From: Octopus sinensis
Lineage: Eukaryota
DNA: 64,000 nt
NCBI RefSeq assembly: GCF_006345805.1
Contig: NC_043007.1
Coordinates: 72,168,001 to 72,232,000 of the forward strand
Reading direction: 5' to 3'
Shown here: piece by piece, positions 1 to 11,959 of the stretch
How positions within the stretch are numbered: the first letter of the stretch is position 1
Layout: each line of letters opens with the position of its first letter
Made by a program: the position numbers and the translations under genes
Notes under the pieces: generated by a model
Database searches by the model: none
Seen by the model: only the letters and a program-made list of their open reading frames with translations
Told to the model about the DNA's origin: nothing

Positions 1-554
1 TTTTCTTTTTTTTTTAATTATGATTTATTCTTCTGTAGAACGGAGAATTGGCAGAACCTTTAGCTTGGAGGGAAATATGTCTCACAGAATTTGTTCCGGC
101 TCATTTAAATTCTAATTTCAAATGTAGCTGAAGTAAGCTTTACCTTTCACCATTTCATTTCAGTATTGATAAAAGAAAGGAACAGGGAAGTATTGGGTCG
201 GTAGTATCGATAAATTACCTCCTCTCAAAAATTAATGACCTTCTATCTAAATCATAAACAATTATTTGAAGTGGATCGGCAGAATTATTAACGCGTCGGA
301 CAAAATGGTTTCTTACTACCCTTTATTTTCTGGGTTCAATTCTATTGAAGTCAAAATATTTTATCTTTCACTCCCTCCCGATCGATAAAGTGATGTGCCA
401 ATCGAGTATGTATTTATGTATATATATATATATATATATACATCTCAACGTTCCTAAAAACAAGCTTTGTTTATTTTCATTGTAAGTTGAATTTAACGTT
501 AGTCTTATAAGTTATAATTTATAAGTTCTAAAATTGCAGAAGAATTCGTTACTG

Positions 555-622
555 GACAGTTTAGCTTAATGGTAAAGCGCTTGACGCATAATCACAGAGA
601 TGTGAGTTTGAGTCTCATGGAT
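555..622 (+). pseudogene. Degenerate tRNA-like sequence (SINE head or tRNA relic)
   Basis: TTAGCTTAATGGTAAAGCGC A-box/D-arm-like segment, CAT-centred loop, GTGAGTTTGAGTCTCA degenerate B-box; no convincing acceptor stem. Confidence 0.25.
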
Positions 623-649
623 CGCCGGTAATTTACTTTTCTGCAATGT

Positions 650-1042
650 ACTCTTAGTCTTTTACTTGTTTCAGTCATTTGACTGCGGCCATGCTGGAGC
701 ACCGCCTTTAGCCGAGCAAATCGACCCCGGGACTTATTCTTTGTAAGCCCAGTACTTATTCTATCGGTCTCTTTTGCCGAACCGCTAAGTGACAGGGACG
801 TAAACACACCAGCATCGGTTGTCAAGCAATGCTAGGGGGACAAACACAGACACACAAACACATACATATACATATATATGACGGGCTTCTTTCAGTTTCC
901 GTCTACCAAATCCACTCACGCGGCTTTAACCGGCCCGGGTCTATAGCAGAAGACACTTGCCCAAGATGCCACACAGTGGGACTGAACCCGGAACCATGCG
1001 GTTCGTAGGCAAGTTACTTACCAAACAGCTACTCCTGCACCT
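650..1042 (-). mobile_element. tRNA-derived SINE, family A (full length)
   Basis: Reverse complement has tRNA-like head (GGTTCAGTCCC B-box), TTGGGCAAGTGTCTT central motif, internal (TA/CA)n and tail GGCGGTGCTCCAGCATGGCCGCAGTCAAATGACTGAAACAAGTAAAAG; about 15 homologous copies in the window. Confidence 0.9.
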
Positions 1043-1302
1043 GATAAATATGTTTAAGAGTATGCATGTCAATGGAGTATTCAGTCGCTTTACGCATTAA
1101 TTTCCTGAATAGGTTGTTCCGTTGATCGGATCAACTAGAATGTTCGTCATCGTGACCAACAAAGTGCAAGCTGAATGTTACCTATGTTTTCGATCAGCGG
1201 TTGCAGGTAATTTCCCGTAACTAGTAAAACTACCAGAATTCATGTGTGTGTCTGCGTTTGTGTAGGCGTGGTTCCATTTGTTTGTTTGTGTGTGCTTTAT
1301 AT

Positions 1303-1533
1303 GTTTCTTTACTACCCACAAGGGGCTAAACACAGAGGGGACAAACAAGGACAGACAAACGAATTAAGTCGATTATATTGACCCCAGTGCGTAACTGATC
1401 CTTAATTTATCGACCCCGAAAGGATGAAAGGCAAAGTTGACCTCGGCGGAATTTGAGCTCAGAACGTAACGGCAGACGAAATACCACTAAGCATTTCGCC
1501 CGACGTGCTAACGGTTCTGCCAGCTCGCCGCCT
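1303..1533 (-). mobile_element. tRNA-derived SINE, family B (Deu/Nin-like central domain)
   Basis: RC: GGCGGCGAGCTGGCAGAA head, GAGCTCAAATTCC B-box, GCCTTTCATCCTTTCGGGGTCGATAAATTAAG resembling the Deu/Nin SINE domain; about 30 copies in the window. Confidence 0.85.
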
Positions 1534-3508
1534 CTGTGTGTGTGCTTTATAGCTGCATATATCAGGAAACTGGTAACAGGCAACGAAAACTAAGTAGAAT
1601 CGTCATCCAGTTATTTAAAAACAAACGCATATAAATGTAATATCGGCGTCACTCATTTTCTGAAAATCACGAAACTTGTGTAAAAATATGCGCTCTAGCG
1701 GCTCGACAAATAGAGAATCACATAATAAAAGGCTACATGTTGTAGTTGGAGGTCACGTTTGAGAGAGAGAGAGAGAGACTGAAGCGACAGGTGGAGAAAA
1801 AAATAGTCGAAAATGTCAAACGTAGATTGAGGAAAGTGAAAGAATTATATTTGCAGTGGATGATGCAACTAGAAATTTTGTAGATTTTACGAGAATATTT
1901 TTACATAATTTCATACCTTTTATATTCAAAAACACAAAAAAGAATCGAAAACAAAACATTGTGTTGATTTGAGATTATGGAAGACTGTGTTCACAAACAC
2001 ACCAGCATGTGCACACACACATACAAGCAATTCGACAAAAAAGAAACTAACATAACATACAGCTGTCTAGTTTTAAAAAATACTTCCTAGTTACTTCCTA
2101 TAAAATGAATATTTTTTAATGAAATTTTGTAGAATTTGTTTTCATGCGTTGATTACGTTGATAAAATTTAGAAAAAATATATTTCGAGGATCAGTTTGTG
2201 ATTACTCTGTTCATGCCCACCCGACTTTATTATCACCAATTTCCGTAACTTTAGCATTCACCACAAATTTTTCAGATTTTTATGTTTAAAACATCAACTT
2301 TACATAGCCTCCACTCTCGAAAATGTGTTTCTGCAAAATGTCATTTTCAAGAGAGTTATGAGAAAACAAAATCAAGAGCAAAGTTTATCAGTGATAATTG
2401 GAATGATTTCTACAACGAAATCAAATAAAACAATAACTTAATGCGCATCATAACATAAAATATTGCCAACAATACTGTACTACCGTATACAGCGCTAACA
2501 GATACATCACTAACACACGTACATATAGAGCACTTATACAGCACAAATCTTCATTACATTTACTTACAGAGCACAAGGCTACAAATCTCGTCTCAATTTT
2601 ACTCGAGTCTTAAAATGTATCACCCTTAATGAAAGACAAGCCTAACATTATGGATTAAATATCGTATATTTAATTAACAAAATATTACGAGTTACACAGA
2701 AATGCTTAAAAAAAAAATTTCTCAACATTGGTTATATTCCCCCCTCCGTTCTTACACACATTTATATAACACTAGACGTCCGAAACAGGCGTAAATGTTG
2801 GGGAATTTCGTGCGTTTGGAACTATTTTCTTTTTTTATTTTATGTTAGAAATTAAGTTGAGCTGCTTAAAGAATACCTAACGCTAAAAGATGGTAAGATT
2901 TTGGCAGGAACTTCGTAGACGTCAAAATTAGATATTCTTGTAATCTAAAACGGTTATTGAAATGAATGTACTAAAGTTTATCTCGAGAGAAAACTCTAAA
3001 GAACGAGAAAAGAAAAGAAAAAGGTTGATAAAAAAAGAATAATAAAACAATGTGATCATTTGACGTGAAATAAAAAAGTAAAATCTACTCCAAGCGGTTT
3101 TCTATTTTGGACGTGAAGGAAAGATTTCCATTGCCACCACGTTACGGGGGTAATAAATAACTAGACTTGAGTCCTAAGGAATAGCAGTGAGAATTAAATA
3201 CCAATCATAATATACCTCGACACGCAGACATGTTTAATGATATAAAGGCGGTGGTATGGAAGAGAGTAAAAATTAACGAAGTTTTCAGGCAAGCTGAAAA
3301 GGAACCAACGTAAAGTATGTATAACAATCACGGTGGAAGGGGCCGAACGCCTGGGTATATGCCACGAAACTAAAAAATATCTTTACTTTACCACGGCTTA
3401 TTTCTTCAACTCGTCTTTCAAAGCCAGTCGATAATAGCTGAAAGCTTGACTGTATATCATACACCGTCAACGTGGCCATATTGTGCTAATGGTAGTTAGT
3501 GGTCCACA

Positions 3509-3929
3509 AAGCGGCAAGCTGGTAGAAACGTTAGCACGCTGGGCGAAATGCTTAGTGGTATTTCGTCTGCCGCTACGTTCTGAGTTAAAATTCCGCCGAC
3601 GTCGATTTTGCCTTTCATCCTTTCGGGGTCGATTAAATAAGTACCTGCTACGCACTGGGGTCGATATAGTCGACTTAATCCGTTTGTCTGTCCTTGTTTG
3701 TCCTCTCTGTGTTTAGCCCCTTGTGGATAGTAAAGAAATAGGTATTTCGTCTGCCGCTACGGTCTGAGTTCAAATTCCGCCGAGGTCGATTTTTGCCTTT
3801 CATCCTTTCGGGGTCGATTAAATAAGTAACTGTTACGCACTGGGGTCGATGTAGTCGACTTAATCCGTTTATCTGTCCTTGTTTGTCCTCTCTGTGTTTA
3901 GCCCCTTGTGGGTAGTAAAGAAATAGGTA
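3509..3929 (+). mobile_element. Family B SINE, head-to-tail dimer
   Basis: One full head, then a second unit restarting at GTATTTCGTC after AAAGAAATAG (junction about 3741). Confidence 0.85.
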
Positions 3930-4037
3930 GTTAGTGGTCCACCAGAACAATAAAATGGTTCAGCTGATCGCTTTCTACTGTGCCAGCAAACGTGTTACTG
4001 ATGTGAGATAGGTGCTGTTGATATGTGTGTGTATAAC

Positions 4038-4323
4038 TTTTACTTGTTTCAGTCATTAGACAGCGGCCATCCTGGGACACCGCCTTCCAGAGTTTTAGTC
4101 GAGCGAATCGACCCCAGTACCTATTCCATTTTAAAGCCTAGTACATATCCTATCGGTCTCTTTTGCCGAACAGCTAGAGTTACACCGGTTGTCAAGTGCT
4201 GGGGGAAAAACAGACACAGTTTCCGTCTGTTCCGAGGCTTCAGTGGAAGACACTTGGCCAAGGTACCATACAATGAAACTGAATGTGCTGTTGGGAAACA
4301 AACTTCCCACCACGTAGCCAGCC
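4038..4323 (-). mobile_element. Family A SINE, degenerate and internally deleted
   Basis: Homology to 650-1042 along tail and head. Confidence 0.7.
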
Positions 4324-4401
4324 CTATATATATATATATATAATATACAGAAGTAAATTTTATATTCTCAAACGCGTGATAATACTAATAAAATTGCGTG
4401 A

Positions 4402-4495
4402 ACATAAGTCCTGGGGTCGATTTGCTCGACTAAAGGCGGTACTCCAGCATGGCCGCAGTCAGATGACTGAAACCAGTAAGAGAGTAAAAGTGTAA
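4402..4495 (+). mobile_element. Family A SINE 3' tail only
   Basis: GGGGTCGATTTGCTCGACTAAAGGCGGTACTCCAGCATGGCCGCAGTCAGATGACTGAAAC. Confidence 0.8.
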
Positions 4496-4499
4496 AAAG

Positions 4500-4690
4500 G
4501 AGGCTTCAGTGTGACACAGAATGTGACAGGGGTGGCTCTTTGAAATACAGGTACAACTCATATTTGCCAGTTGAGTGGACTGGAACAACGTGAAATAAAG
4601 AGTCTTTCTCAAGAATTCAAGGCGCCGCTGGGATTCGAGTGCAAGACTTTACGATCTTGAGACGATATCCTAATCACGAAGTCACGCACA
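4500..4690 (-). mobile_element. Family D SINE (Meta-like domain), degenerate
   Basis: RC contains GTTCCAGTCCACTCAACTGG Meta-like motif; homologous to 8492-8760 and 17261-17540. Confidence 0.55.
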
Positions 4691-5870
4691 TTCACTGTAC
4701 TGTACAAAATTTGACAAATAAGGTTAGCTTAATCACACTGATTACTCCCACACCGACGATTTCCCCGACAGTATACATCAAGCAAATTCTGTTTAAAAAA
4801 GTTATGAATTTATAAAAATCACCGAAAAGATGTTCGTCTGCCGTTACGTCCTGAGTTCAAATTCCGCCGAGGTCGACTTTGCCTTTCATCTTTTCGGGGT
4901 CGATAAATTAAGTACCAGTTACGCACAGGGGTAGATGTAATCGACTTAATCCGTTTTTTTCTGTCCTTGTTTGTCCCCTTGTGGGTAGTAAAGGAATGTG
5001 TATTTAGCTCCATGTTACTCCTGATTGAGTATTGCAGACGAGACCATTCCATTTTGGGGGTAAATCGTTGTACAATGCGTTGTTTAAAAAAAAAATCATT
5101 AAAGGTATAGATCAAATTATTGAGAAAAAGCACAACCCTCAAGTACCTCACCAAAGAAACGAAGAAAAAGAAAAAATATTGGGGGTAGAGTTAAGCTGTA
5201 GAAGATCTGTGGGGGAAGGGAGTAACGGGCTATGCACCCCAAACCGTGTTCAGCAGCGCCTCTCAGACATGATTGCAAAGGTATTGCCGAAGAGAACGGC
5301 CCGCGACACTCGCTGGAGCAGCTGCCCCACCTCGCGGGGCTCATTTCTCAGACGGGCCACAGTGTATTGTTTATTTGAAAAAACGTACGGTAATTTGGTG
5401 GATATATGGTTGCTATTTCTAGAACATTGAGCGGTTAGGTCGATGAGTGAAAGACATTGTCGATGGTGATGACGCGGTAGGAGAGACGTAGGAGAGACGA
5501 TAGTGGATGATATTGTCAGACGTTATGTTGGTGGTGGTGGTGATAGTGGGGGCAGGGGCAAGCAGGTGACATATGGAGGTGGAGAGAGAGTAAAGAGACA
5601 TTCGTAGCATTTCGCTTACTTTTGTCTTTCTGAATCGCGACAGAAATGGTAGCAATAAAAACAGAAAAAGAAATGAAAAGAAAAACAATGACGAAAAGAG
5701 AAAATATAAATAAATAAAGTAAATACTAACAACAACAGCAGCAGCAGCAGAAGGCAGTAGAGAGATTTTAGGGTGACCTCATCCGACCTCCCTCACCTGT
5801 CGCTTTGTTCCTTTCCTGTCATGTCCTCATTCTTCAGCCCCACACCCTCTTTTTTGCTTCTCATTCAAAG

Positions 5871-5995
5871 GCACGTGGAATTCAATTCAGCAGTACAAAC
5901 AGCCTCAAGGTAGCGGTGGTGGTGGTGGTGATGCTAGTGGTGGTGGTGGGGTTTTCACTGAGCTGGAGAGCGAGGACGGATTGTTCTCACACTGA
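5871..5995 (+). CDS. Candidate terminal coding exon, product unknown (GTWNSIQQYKQPQGSGGGGGDASGGGGVFTELESEDGLFSH*)
   Basis: Pyrimidine tract plus AG at 5869-5870, 40 open codons with protein-like composition, TGA at 5993-5995; acceptor is the rarer AAG and no homolog is recognised. Confidence 0.3.
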
Positions 5996-6026
<31 letters not shown>

Positions 6027-6746
6027 TAGGGAGGAGGCAGCGAGAACGGAACCAGCTACACAACAACTACAAACATGCATTCATTCACTCATTCATTCAT
6101 TCTCCTTCCTCATATACACGAATGCACACGCAGTCTAATTCACACTTACATACACACGCACGCAAACGGTCTGATTCACACATAGTCACAACTTGTGTCG
6201 ATTATAAAGAGTGAATGCAATATCCGTTGTACTGTATTATCAAAATGAACCGTTGACCAACCATATTAACAGAGACCTGAATGCGTACAAATACATTAAC
6301 ACACAAACAGGTATAGCATGTAAAGAACAAGGTAAATAGTAATCGCGCGCACACTCATAATGTTGTACTCGGAGATTCACACGCTGACGTGCATAAAGCT
6401 TTATTATAGAATACGACAAATACGACGCATGACAAACACGTTGTTCGCTTATGTAGAAACATGACACCCGGCCACTAATGAAAGAAATGTAGCCAAAATC
6501 TGATGTTGGAGTCATAATTGGAAGGAAGCACACCTTTACAAATTTATTCCGGATTTCTCTGATATCATTCGCGGCAATAATTTTAAGTGATCTCTATTGA
6601 TTTTTGGATTAAGAAGAACAGATATATTGTACACACACAGCCATATCGCACAAAAACTTCCCAATATGCTTGTAATGAACTCCATAATCAAAATGCTACC
6701 TGATACTAATCTCTCCGTGGACAGAAAAAAAAATGGATTTTTTTTT

Positions 6747-6785
6747 TCTCTGATGAAGGGCTTAAAAGGTTAGAAACTAGTCAGA
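6747..6785 (+). ncRNA. Minimal type-I hammerhead ribozyme motif (Penelope-type)
   Basis: TCT-CTGATGA-A-(weak stem II)-GAAAC-TA-GTC-AGA: canonical core, palindromic ACTAGT stem III, GUC site, 3-bp stem I. Confidence 0.55.
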
Positions 6786-6924
6786 TCGCTCTCGCTGTTT
6801 CTGCCCACGGCTGAGATAAAATCTTACGTAACTACTTTGTTATTATAACGACGGCACAAATGTATTTTAACGCTTCAGCAATAGAGATCGATAGAATAAG
6901 TACCAGACTTAAATAGATACTGGT

Positions 6925-6982
6925 GTTGTGTATATATATATGTGTGTGTGTATATATGCATATATATATGTATATATATATG

Positions 6983-7044
<62 letters not shown>

Positions 7045-7845
7045 ATAAATATATGTGTATATATATGTGTGTATATATATGTGTGTATATATATGTGTGT
7101 GTATATATATATGTGTATATAATATGTGTATATATATATATATGTTATATATATATATATATGTATATATATATAGTATATATATATATATGTATATGTT
7201 ATATATGTATATATATATATATGTATATATGTATGTATATGTATATGTATATGTATATATATATAAGTATATATATAATGTATGTATATGTATATATATA
7301 TATATTATATATATATATAATATATATGTATATAATATATGTATATATATGTATATATATATATATATATGTATATGTTATATATATATATAATATATGT
7401 ATATATATATGTATGTATATGTATATATGTGTATATATATATGTATGTATATGTATATATGTGTATATATATATGTATGTATATGTATATATGTGTATAT
7501 ATATATGTATGTATATGTATATATGTGTATATATATATGTATGTATATGTATATATGTGTATATATATATGTATGTATATGTATATATATGTATATATAT
7601 ATATATATATGTATGTATATGTATATATATGTATATATATATATATGTATGTGTATGTATATATATGTGTATATATATGTATATATATATATATGTATAT
7701 ATATAAGTATATATATAAATGTATGTATATATATATATGTATATATATATATAAGTATATATATATAAATGCATGTATATATATATATGTACATATCTAT
7801 ATATGTATATATATATATATATACATGTATATATGTATATATATA
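6925..7845. repeat. ~920-bp compound (TA)n/(TG) tract with ~32-34-bp higher-order units
   Basis: Almost pure alternating purine-pyrimidine; ATGTATGTATATGTATATATGTGTATATAT(AT) recurs at about 7400-7620. Confidence 0.95.
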
Positions 7846-8491
7846 ACGGCGTAGTGCTCAGGTAACTGAGAAATTGAAATCCAATTAAGAGTAAAAATTC
7901 GGCTATTAGAACGAGACTAGTTTTAGCTTGACAGCTGTTTCGGGCTAAGCAAAGCTTATGCAGTAATCACGTTCATATTTAGTGAAAACCCATGAAGTTT
8001 TAGGTGTATGGAATAACCCAAGTTCCTATGTGGAGGAATTGGTTTCGCTTAAGAAATCTATAGGAAACTACATTTTTACTATATAAGAACGTGGTGATAG
8101 GATAAGCCATAGTTTGTCTGAAACGGCTGTTACAATAAGACTATTATATAACTTCTTTTGCATATCTTGTAGCCTTTATTCCGTATTCTGTACCTTGTAT
8201 CCCATGTAAATATGTGCATTATGCCTACTTGTGTCTAGCTGTCTGAATTGGGTGGGGTGTTGTTTCCATTTGCTTTTATTTGGAAGGTAATGGGTTTGTG
8301 TGGAGTAGCCCGCGTATGTGTGAGAGAAAGTCATTTAGTCGATTAACTTTGTAAAAATGCCAGTCTTTGTGATTTGAAACATATAAAAGTGGATAGTTTT
8401 AATTTGTCAGCAGAATAATGTGTGAATGCGTGAGGAGATATGGCAATTAAACAGTTATCAATATTTGTTTGTCGACATGAAATTTTACTGA

Positions 8492-8760
8492 CTGGCATTC
8501 CGTCGGTTACGACAACGAAGTTTTAGTTGATTTAACCAACAGAACAGCCTGCTCGTGAAATTAACGTGCAAGTGACTGAGCACTCCATAGACACGTGTAC
8601 CCTTAATGTAGTTCTCAGGTAGATTCAGCATGACGCAGAATGTGATAAAGCTGGCCTTTTGAATTACAAGCACAACTCAATTTTACCAGCTGAGTGGACT
8701 AAAAGCAACGCGAGGTAAAGTGCATCACCGGGAATCGAACTCACAACCTTACACTAAGTC
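8492..8760 (-). mobile_element. Family D SINE (Meta-like domain)
   Basis: RC: GAGTTCGATTCCC B-box, TAGTCCACTCAGCTGG motif, tail GCACGTTAATTTCACGAGCAGGCTGTTC shared with 17261-17540. Confidence 0.75.
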
Positions 8761-8811
8761 ACACATTCGCAGGAAATTAAATACAATTGAAGGCGAAAGT
8801 CAGTATAATTC

Positions 8812-9220
8812 TTTACTCTTTACTCTTTTACTTGTTTCAGTCATCTGACTGCGGCCATGCTGGAGCACCGCCTTTAGTCGAGCAAATCGACCCCGGGACT
8901 TATTCTTTGTAAGCCCAGTACTTATTCTGTCGGTCTCTTTTGCCGAACCGCTAAGTGACGGGGACGTAAACACACCAGCATCGGTTGTCAAGCAATGCTA
9001 GGAAGACAAACACAGACATACAAACACATACACACACATATATATATACATATATACGACAGGGTTCTTTCAGTTTCCGTCTACCAAATCCACTCACAAG
9101 GCATTGGTCGGCCCGGGGCTATAGCAGAAAACACTTGCCCAAGATGCCACGCAGTGGGACTGAACCCGGAACCATGTGGTTGGTTAGCAAGCTACTTACC
9201 ACACAGTCACTCCTGCGCCT
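8812..9220 (-). mobile_element. Family A SINE (full length)
   Basis: High similarity to 650-1042 and 25796-26217. Confidence 0.92.
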
Positions 9221-9519
9221 GTACAAAATATTTAAGCAGAATTAATATTTATACTTCATGCCTGTATTGAGTTCTTTTTTGGCTTAAAAGGAATAGTAAT
9301 TAATGTATAGACGAATTCTATTTGATGAAAAATTAAATGTTGTAATAAATATATTGCCTGACCAACAGTCCAGTCATATTTGTTCCCATCAAAATAGTTA
9401 TCTCCATCATTAATATTTTGTTCCTAACCTTTGTGCCAGTTTTTGGAAAGCAATAACAGTCGTAGTGTGCAATTCTCGTAGTGAATTTGCTTCGATCGCT
9501 ATTCAGTGTGGATTTCAAA

Positions 9520-10100
9520 ACGATAAATAGTCCATGGGGACAGCCCCGGAGGGTATGGCTTTGTCAAAAGGTCATAGATAAAGAGTGATGCATGACTTAG
9601 CGTATTGTTGTGATGCAGTATCTTAGTTTCTTTGCCTCGGAGTCTCTTCACACTCCTCTCAAATGAGGATATAGAAGCAAATATCATCACTGATCGTTGA
9701 GCCACGAAGAACAAGCTTATGACGTACAAGGCTCCTATAAAAAAGACGATCAACATCACCTTCAAATATGATCGACTGGTACTTTTCAGCAAGATCTCAT
9801 CACCCGAACTATAAAACAGCTCTTAGCTCAGTTGGTAGACACAGCAGAAATTTTGCGGCAACACGATGCGCTTTCAATGATTCTTTTAAAACCATGAGGC
9901 AAATACTATAAATACCTACTCCTTCGGAAACCCCACTGATACAGTCAGCATGCACTTTCGCAGTGGGACCCTCATTCACTGTTGCTGAAGGTCTTCTAGA
10001 TTTCAAATAGACTTTAGTCGATGACATTTCCTGACAATTTTCATTGCTAGTTCACTCATGACATTGCATACGGCATGTTGCGACTTAAGAAATGTTTCCA
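9520..10100 (-). pseudogene. Mariner (Tc1/mariner) transposase relic
   Basis: Frame-shifted peptides RRPSAT, LKESLKAHRVAAKFLLCLPTE (cf. mariner LxEDLxMRRVAAKFVPRLLT) and LHHNNTLSH...PYPPGLSP (cf. LHHDNAPAH...PYSPDLAP); cut at about 10105 by a family B SINE. Confidence 0.8.
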
Positions 10101-10104
10101 TAAA

Positions 10105-10545
10105 GTCGGCGAGTAAGCGGAATCGTTAGCACGCCGGGCGAAATGCTTAGCGGTATTTTCTCCGCCTTTACGTTCTGGGTTCAAATTCCTCCGAGGTCGA
10201 CTATACCTATTATCGTTTCGGGGTCGATAAATTAAGTACCAGTTGCGTACTGGTGTTGATGTAATCGACTAGTGCCCTTACCCAAACTTTTCAAGCCCTT
10301 GTGCCTAGAGTAGAAATAATATCATGGTGGCGAGCTGGCAGAAAGGTTAGCACGCCGGACGAAATGCACAGCGGTATTTCGCCCGTCTTTAGGTTCTGAG
10401 TTCAAATTCCACCGACGTCGACTTTGCCTTTCATCCTTTCGGGGTCGATAAATTAACTACCAGTTGCGTACTGGGATTGATCTAATCGACTTCCCCTCCC
10501 CCAAAATTTCGGGCCTTGTGCTTAGAATAGAAAAGAAATGTTTAC
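10105..10545 (+). mobile_element. Two adjacent family B SINEs with the alternative tail (CCAAAATTTC..GCCTTGTGCCTA..GTAGAAA)
   Basis: Each has head, B-box and Deu/Nin-like domain. Confidence 0.8.
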
Positions 10546-11581
10546 GTAAAAGTTTTTTTTTTCTCCCAAATTAAAACAGAATTTCCCAAGAAACATGTCG
10601 TTTTTCCAAATCATCGATTGTTCAACTTCCGATAAACCGCCGAGGTCAAATATCTGCACGTATGTATAGATCGATGACTAGCTGTTGTGATGCGATGTGG
10701 TTGTTATTAAACTCAACTGCATTCACGAGCACGTTGTGCAGCTGATGCATGCATGTATACATACATGCACACACACACACACACACACACATGGGTAAGA
10801 TATGGACGTAAGTTTCAAAAAATAAACTGGAGTCAACGGGAGAGATAGGAGAGTAAATGGAGAGGAAGAACGGAAAAGAAGGATAAAAAGAAGAATCGAG
10901 GGAAGGAATGAAGAAGAAAGATAGGGAGAGAAAAGGAAAGTGCAGGAGTAGATAGATCGAGCGGAGAGAACATAGAGAGAATATAGAACATAGAGGGAAC
11001 ATAGAACATTGAAAAAGAGAAAGGGGAAAAGAAAAAGAAAAAGGAGAAGGGATTGTGGTAGAGGGGGAGGAGATAGATAATTAAAATATATGTTAAATTT
11101 GAAAGTAAAACTTCAAATATATAAGAAATATTTAAGAAATCCATGAAAGAGTAAGGCGGTAGTAACTGCAGGAAGGTTGAAAAGCAATTCTTCGAACATG
11201 GGTTATTTCATTAAAAATACGCTGAGGTTATTCGAAATTATTTAATGGAAAGTAGATTGTGTTTAGCATAATGGGATAGTTAATTATGATGAAGTAACGT
11301 AAAAACAGAAAAATATGACAAGTTCTGAGAGATTATAAATAATCAATAAATGACCAATGAAGGTAGCAGTTATTATTTTGAAATAATAGCATAAAATTTA
11401 ATATAAAAAAAAAATTTCTCACAAAGATATATATGTCTGAAATAGTATTGTATTAAAAATGTATGTAAATATATGAAGCATGACAGTTTAAAAATTTGTT
11501 AATTAATGCGTCTTACGATCGTTTCACGAAAGTATTGTCATTATTCTGGACTCCATTAATCCATTGTTGATGACAAAGATT

Positions 11582-11950
11582 CATTAATCCATTGTTGATG
11601 CCAAAGATTCCAATATCACCATCAAAATACAGGTCCAGATACTGCAACAGCTTGGGTTTCAGAGGACCACAGCTCTTTAACATCCTCCCTAAATGCCTGA
11701 GAGACTTACATGATGTGGGTGTGCGTTTCTTTAAAACTAAACTGGATCTCTTCTTGTTGGGAGTCCCAGATGAACCTACCTCACGACAGGTGACGCAGAT
11801 GCGGGCAGCAGCATCGAACTCCCTTGTTGATCAAGTGCCACGTATCAGAGGTGGATTCACATATTAGTGTAGCTCATTCAGCGGTGGTGCCCCAGCATGG
11901 CCGCGGCCTTCGGGTTAAAACATTTTTAAGTATTTAAGGATTTAAGGATT
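11582..11950 (+). mobile_element. 5'-truncated CR1/L2-group LINE: ORF2 C-terminus, 3' UTR and (ATTTAAGG)n tail
   Basis: ORF 11592-11867 SLGFRGPQLFNILPKCLRDL...FKTKLDLFLLGVPDEP...AASNSLVDQ, typical of the post-RT C-terminus of this LINE group; short tandem-repeat tail. Confidence 0.85.
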
Positions 11951-11959
11951 TATATATAT

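Noticed and set aside
6942-7854. Long ORFs of Y/I/C/V/M (also at 13.5-14.2, 21.9-22.4, 33.6-34.2, 39.9-40.3, 46.6-47.4 and 61.3-63.0 kb)
   Set aside because: Translations of (TA)/(TG)/(CA) microsatellites, which lack stop codons in some frames
7925-8135. Two further GAAAC-(A/G)GCT-GT hammerhead-like half motifs in inverted orientation
   Set aside because: CUGAUGA core and stem I are not recognisable; at most decayed relics
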